64,000 nucleotides of DNA from Candidatus Hydrogenedentota bacterium (lineage in GTDB: Bacteria; Hydrogenedentota; Hydrogenedentia; Hydrogenedentales; JAEUWI01): positions 32,001 through 96,000 of the forward strand of contig JAXMOL010000016.1 of assembly GCA_034669905.1 (NCBI GenBank), written 5' to 3'. The first letter of the stretch is position 1. The number at the start of each line of letters is the position of its first letter. Shown in pieces: positions 60,433-64,000 of the stretch. The notes below the pieces were generated by a model. The model was not told the origin of the DNA and ran no database searches. It worked only from the letters and a program-made list of their open reading frames with translations. The translations under genes and the position numbers were made by a program.

Positions 60433-61470
60433 TCAGTCGAAATCAATCATGGCCTTCATGACGCCATCCTGATAACCCGCCACGAGATCAAAGGCGTCCT
60501 TTGTCTTTTCAAAGGGGAAATGGTGGGTCACCATGGTCTCGGCGGGCAGGGTGCCGTCTTCAATCTGGTCCAACGTCAGGCCGGTACATTCATTCTGGCG
60601 GCGCACGTTCTGGAGACAGATTTCCTTGCGGCGCATGAGGTCAATCTGGAAGGAAATCCGGTCCACTTCCGGGATACCAATCATGACCAGCTTGCCGCCC
60701 GGCTTCACCATCAACACCGCCTGGTCTACCGCCTCCTGCTGACCACAACATTCAAAGACATAGTCCAGCAACAGGGGCTCGGCCTCTTCGATGGCCTTCA
60801 CCGCATCGAGCTTATCCACGTTTCCGATCCAATCCGCCCCCGCCTTCTTCGCGAGTTCGAGACGGGCGTCAATCTTGTCGGTCATATAGACCTTGTCGAC
60901 CCCTGCGGCGAGGGCCGGCATGAGCACGCTCAATCCGATGGGACCACTCCCGAGGATGCCGATGCGCTTGCCCTTGAGTTCCCCTGCCAGCTTGCAGGCA
61001 TAGACGCCAATCGCGAGGGGCTCACTCAAGACACCGGCTTCCAAGGTGGTCTCGTCTTTCAACGGGAAGCAACTCGTCTCCGGCATGACGATGAATTCGG
61101 AGAGACTCCCTTCCGCCTGACCGGGACACCCCAGAAAACGGAGCTTGCGGCAGGTGTGGGTGCGGTCCGCCTTGCACTGGTCGCATTCCCAGCAGGGCAT
61201 GGCCGGCTCGATGGCGACGCGGTCCCCCACCTTCACGCGGGTCACGCCCGGCCCCACTTCCGTGATAACGCCGGCACATTCATGGCCCACGGCGAAGGGA
61301 TACTCCACCACCTGGCTGCCGATGCGGCCCGTCGTGTAGTAGTGCACGTCCGAACCACAGACGCCCACGCTGCCCATCTTAATCTTCACATCGGTGGGGG
61401 CTTCGATACAGGGATCGGGCACTTCGCGCATTTCCATCGCACGGATACCCGTCAGAACCATTGCTCGCAT
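60433..61470 (-). CDS. Zn-dependent sorbitol/iditol dehydrogenase-like protein
   Basis: VCGSDVHYY, GHECAG, CWECDQC...C, GSGPIG. Confidence 0.93.
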   Translation of the reverse strand: MRAMVLTGIRAMEMREVPDPCIEAPTDVKIKMGSVGVCGSDVHYYTTGRIGSQVVEYPFAVGHECAGVITEVGPGVTRVKVGDRVAIEPAMPCWECDQCKADRTHTCRKLRFLGCPGQAEGSLSEFIVMPETSCFPLKDETTLEAGVLSEPLAIGVYACKLAGELKGKRIGILGSGPIGLSVLMPALAAGVDKVYMTDKIDARLELAKKAGADWIGNVDKLDAVKAIEEAEPLLLDYVFECCGQQEAVDQAVLMVKPGGKLVMIGIPEVDRISFQIDLMRRKEICLQNVRRQNECTGLTLDQIEDGTLPAETMVTHHFPFEKTKDAFDLVAGYQDGVMKAMIDFD

Positions 61471-61532
61471 GGGAACACTCCTTTTGGGCGGGCCCGGAGA
61501 CTACCGCCTTGCTTATTTGCTCAGATTCGCTT

Positions 61533-61565
61533 ATTATAGGTCATTACCAATCACTTTTCAATCAT
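61533..61565 (-). promoter_or_regulatory. Sigma-70 promoter with overlapping direct repeat (candidate DeoR operator)
   Basis: Minus strand TTGAAA-17 bp-TATAAT; CAATCA(C/T) repeated at 61548 and 61559. Confidence 0.65.
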
Positions 61566-61638
61566 ATTCAGGCGCCGACTTCGTCCCGATGGGATTCTAA
61601 CGCCTTTGTTATTAGTTTGTTAGGAAACACGCTTCAAA

Positions 61639-62424
61639 ATGATTCCTTTGGAACGGCACGAGCGCATTCTGGAGCATCTCAACGCCCATCGCTTCCTCAA
61701 TGTAGAGCAGGCCATTGCCCTGTTGGGTGCCAGTGCGGCCACGATTCGACGGGATTTTAACGAGCTCGCCGAGCAGGGCCTGGCCCTCCGCACCCGGGGC
61801 GGATTGCGCCGTCTTGAGCAGGTGGAAGACGGGGCGCTGCCCTACGCCTTCCGGGCAGGGCGGCACGCCGAAGAGAAAGCAGTCATCGCGCGGAAAGCCA
61901 TGGCCCTCCTCCAACCCGGTGCCGTGGTCTTCGTGGATGGCGGCACCACGACCCACCATCTCGCCCACTACATCCCTGATTTCCCCCTGACCCTAATCAC
62001 CAACAGCCTGCGCCTCGCCGCCACCCTGGGTGAGCGGCACGCCCAATCCAGCGATCTGCGGGTGGTCTTATCGGGCGGCACCCTCCACCCGGAAGCGGGA
62101 TTGCTGGTGGGCCCCCAGTGTACCCAGACCCTCGCCGAATACCGGGCCGACTGGGCCTTTATTTCGCCCGGTGGTATTGACGCCGAAGGCATCTACAACA
62201 CCAATGAAGATGCAGCGGCCAGTGAGCGGGTCATGATGTCCCAGGCGGCCCAGGTGGCCGTGTTGGCCGATCCCGGCAAGCTCAACCGGGCCTCCATGTG
62301 TCGGGTGTCGGGCCTGGATGCCTTCCACGTATTGCTCACGGCCCAGCCCCTCCCCGCCGGGCCACTCCGGGATGGCCTGAACGAAGCGGACGTCGCGATT
62401 GCTGCGCCGACGCCTGTGGGCTGA
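61639..62424 (+). CDS. DeoR/GlpR-family transcriptional regulator
   Basis: ERHERIL...ASAATIRRDFNEL; VFVDGGTTT; ITNS. Confidence 0.94.
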   Translation: MIPLERHERILEHLNAHRFLNVEQAIALLGASAATIRRDFNELAEQGLALRTRGGLRRLEQVEDGALPYAFRAGRHAEEKAVIARKAMALLQPGAVVFVDGGTTTHHLAHYIPDFPLTLITNSLRLAATLGERHAQSSDLRVVLSGGTLHPEAGLLVGPQCTQTLAEYRADWAFISPGGIDAEGIYNTNEDAAASERVMMSQAAQVAVLADPGKLNRASMCRVSGLDAFHVLLTAQPLPAGPLRDGLNEADVAIAAPTPVG

Positions 62425-62565
62425 GGTAGTCGCCCCGACCCAAAACCATTGCTTCTGTGCCATGTCGAAGACGCGCCGCAGGATGGCCATACCGAGTTCC
62501 ACGAGGTTTCTGTCCCGTTCTTCTATTTCCGTTCTGCGGAAGTACTCGGAGAGTTGGCGCAGGCT

Positions 62566-62656
62566 ATGGGGCGGGCCTTCAGCCCTTGAGTGCTGGTACG
62601 GTCCCGGTTCATGGGCCGTTGACCCATGCTGGTATGTTGACGGGCCTTCGGCCCTC
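62566..62656. repeat. REP-like element (AGGGCTGAAGGCCC family), minus orientation
   Basis: Minus strand AGGGCCGAAGGCCCG..ATACCAGCATGGGTCAACGGCCCATG..AGGGCTGAAGGCCCGC. Confidence 0.75.
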
Positions 62657-62804
62657 CTGAATGCCAGTGGGAGTCCTAAACATCAAGGGCAAACCACCGG
62701 CTCTGTCGGGGAGAATTCATCAGGCCCCGTCGTCCCCCCGTATTATGTTTTTTCGTGCCGCGTAACAATCTTGCAAAAACACAGCTCCACCACACGAAGC
62801 TCAC

Positions 62805-62887
62805 GTCATTCCCGAAAAGGCGGGAATCCAGTGCGTTTGGCGGTTGTCCTGGATGAATTTCTGGATCCCCGCCTTCGCGGGGATGAC
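62805..62887. repeat. RS3/REP-like doublet
   Basis: GTCATTCCCGAAAAGGCGGGAATCCAG...CTGGATCCCCGCCTTCGCGGGGATGAC. Confidence 0.9.
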
Positions 62888-63002
62888 GGAAATATTACAG
62901 GTTCGAGGTGGACGGTCTAAGCGGCGCAAACGATAGAGCCTCTTTCTGGGGCCTTGCTCATGCCCCCCAAGTCGCCTGATGGGCGCTGATTGCCATCGCA
63001 TG

Positions 63003-63090
63003 AGCGCCAACGGCGCGGTACCATACCAGCCCAGGCCGAAGGCCTGGGTAAACGGATTTTTTTCTTCCCAGGGCTGAAAGCCCGCAACAT
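63003..63090. repeat. REP-like element (AGGGCTGAAAGCCC family), plus orientation
   Basis: GCGCCAACGGCGCG..ATACCAGCCCAGGCCGAAGGCCTGGG..AGGGCTGAAAGCCCGC. Confidence 0.75.
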
Positions 63091-63341
63091 GTTTTCGTGG
63101 TAGTCCTTAGAGTCGGGTGTTCTTGCCGTCTCCTCCAACGAAATACAGCGTTACGGCGTATACATGGCACGGCAGTGTGTTGTTTGATGTTTCCAAGAAT
63201 TTTCTCACCGTGTAGATGCGCCACGCTTCGACGAGCGGTGGAGTTGGGCAGCAGGCACGATGGCTACTTGCGCCCCGACGCCACCTCGCTCTACAATGCC
63301 CTTTCCATCAGGCAATCCCCAATACAAGGAAGCAATACGCC

Positions 63342-64000
63342 ATGTCTACTACTCCCCTTTCTTCCCGTCGCGGCTTTTTCAAGACCGCCGGTCTCGGGCT
63401 CGGTGCCGCCGTCGGCACTGCCACCACCTCCGCCTTTGCTGCTGCGCCCCTGCCCCGCAACGGCCAATCCCACATGAAATTGAGCGTGGCCGCCTACTCG
63501 TTCAACAAGATGCTCGCTAAGCGCGGCACGCCGGAAGAGATCGCGAAGGCCGGGATGAGCCTCAACGACGTGGTCGATTTTGCGGCGAAGCAGAATCTGG
63601 ACGGCGTCGAGCTGACCAGCTACTACTTCCCCAAAGAGGTGACCAACGAGTACCTCATGGGCCTCAAGCAGCAGTGCTTCCGTCTTGGACTCGACGTTTC
63701 CGGCACGGCCATCGGCAATGACTTCTGCCACGGCCCCGGTGCGGAACGGGACGAGCAGCTCGCCCTGACCCGTGAATGGATTGACTACGCCGCCCTCGTG
63801 GGTGCGCCGGTCATTCGCATTTTTGCGGGCAAGGTCAAGTCGGGCAGCGACGAATCGCAGGCCCTGAAGAACTGCATCGACGGCATCAATGAATCCCTCG
63901 ACTATGCCGCAACGAAAGGCGTTTTCCTGGCCCTCGAAAATCACGGCGGTATCACGGCCACGCCGAAGCAGATGATGCGTATCATCGAAGGGGTCAACGA
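63342..64000 (+). CDS. Tat-exported sugar phosphate isomerase/epimerase (xylose isomerase-like TIM barrel), 3'-truncated by the window
   Basis: Read manually: MSTTPLSSRRGFFKTAG..., KLSVAAYSF, DGVELTSYYF, IRIFAG, LALENHGG. Confidence 0.9.
   Translation, partial: MSTTPLSSRRGFFKTAGLGLGAAVGTATTSAFAAAPLPRNGQSHMKLSVAAYSFNKMLAKRGTPEEIAKAGMSLNDVVDFAAKQNLDGVELTSYYFPKEVTNEYLMGLKQQCFRLGLDVSGTAIGNDFCHGPGAERDEQLALTREWIDYAALVGAPVIRIFAGKVKSGSDESQALKNCIDGINESLDYAATKGVFLALENHGGITATPKQMMRIIEGVN

Noticed and set aside
62424..62565. Possible gene remnant on the minus strand (LRQLSEYFRR...QKQWFW)
   Set aside because: No recognisable family, and it runs into a REP element and the DeoR gene; cannot be supported without a search.

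Overview
A GC-rich bacterial chromosomal window from a diderm organism. PKD-rich 'GCP' lipoproteins, a PEP-CTERM protein and many short palindromic repeats suggest Candidatus Hydrogenedentes or a similar lineage; this is inference only. From left to right it contains: (1) a surface-glycan locus (AsnB-like amidotransferase, three GT4, GT9, acetyltransferase, methyltransferase, GT2, SGNH hydrolase) interrupted by two toxin-antitoxin pairs and followed by a secreted transglutaminase-like gene and a large membrane-anchored protein; (2) housekeeping genes (class III aminotransferase, EndoIII-like, DHFR-like, rhodanese, Nudix, acs, groES/groEL with a CIRCE operator, ribokinase); (3) a tightly coupled hybrid kinase / CYTH (CyaB-like) / TPM-ankyrin operon; (4) radical SAM and transglutaminase genes, a fucose-isomerase-like gene, a Tat BNR protein, and a MerC-like cassette with a palindromic operator and a structured leader; (5) a MEMO1-family protein, lipoproteins, two PIG-L deacetylases, a 10-PKD lipoprotein, a membrane GAF-PAS-PAS-SpoIIE-RsbW fusion, a sigma-54-driven PEP-CTERM gene, tRNA-Ala(GGC) and ParDE; (6) a DeoR-linked sugar/polyol catabolic cluster. 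No CRISPR array, integrase or transposase is visible. The best candidates for undescribed biology are the MerC-like cassette with a candidate three-way-junction leader RNA, the kinase-cyclase-ankyrin operon, the Vut-like-sensor phosphatase/kinase fusion and the RRE-like MEMO fusion. All family assignments come from motif recognition by eye; no searches were run.
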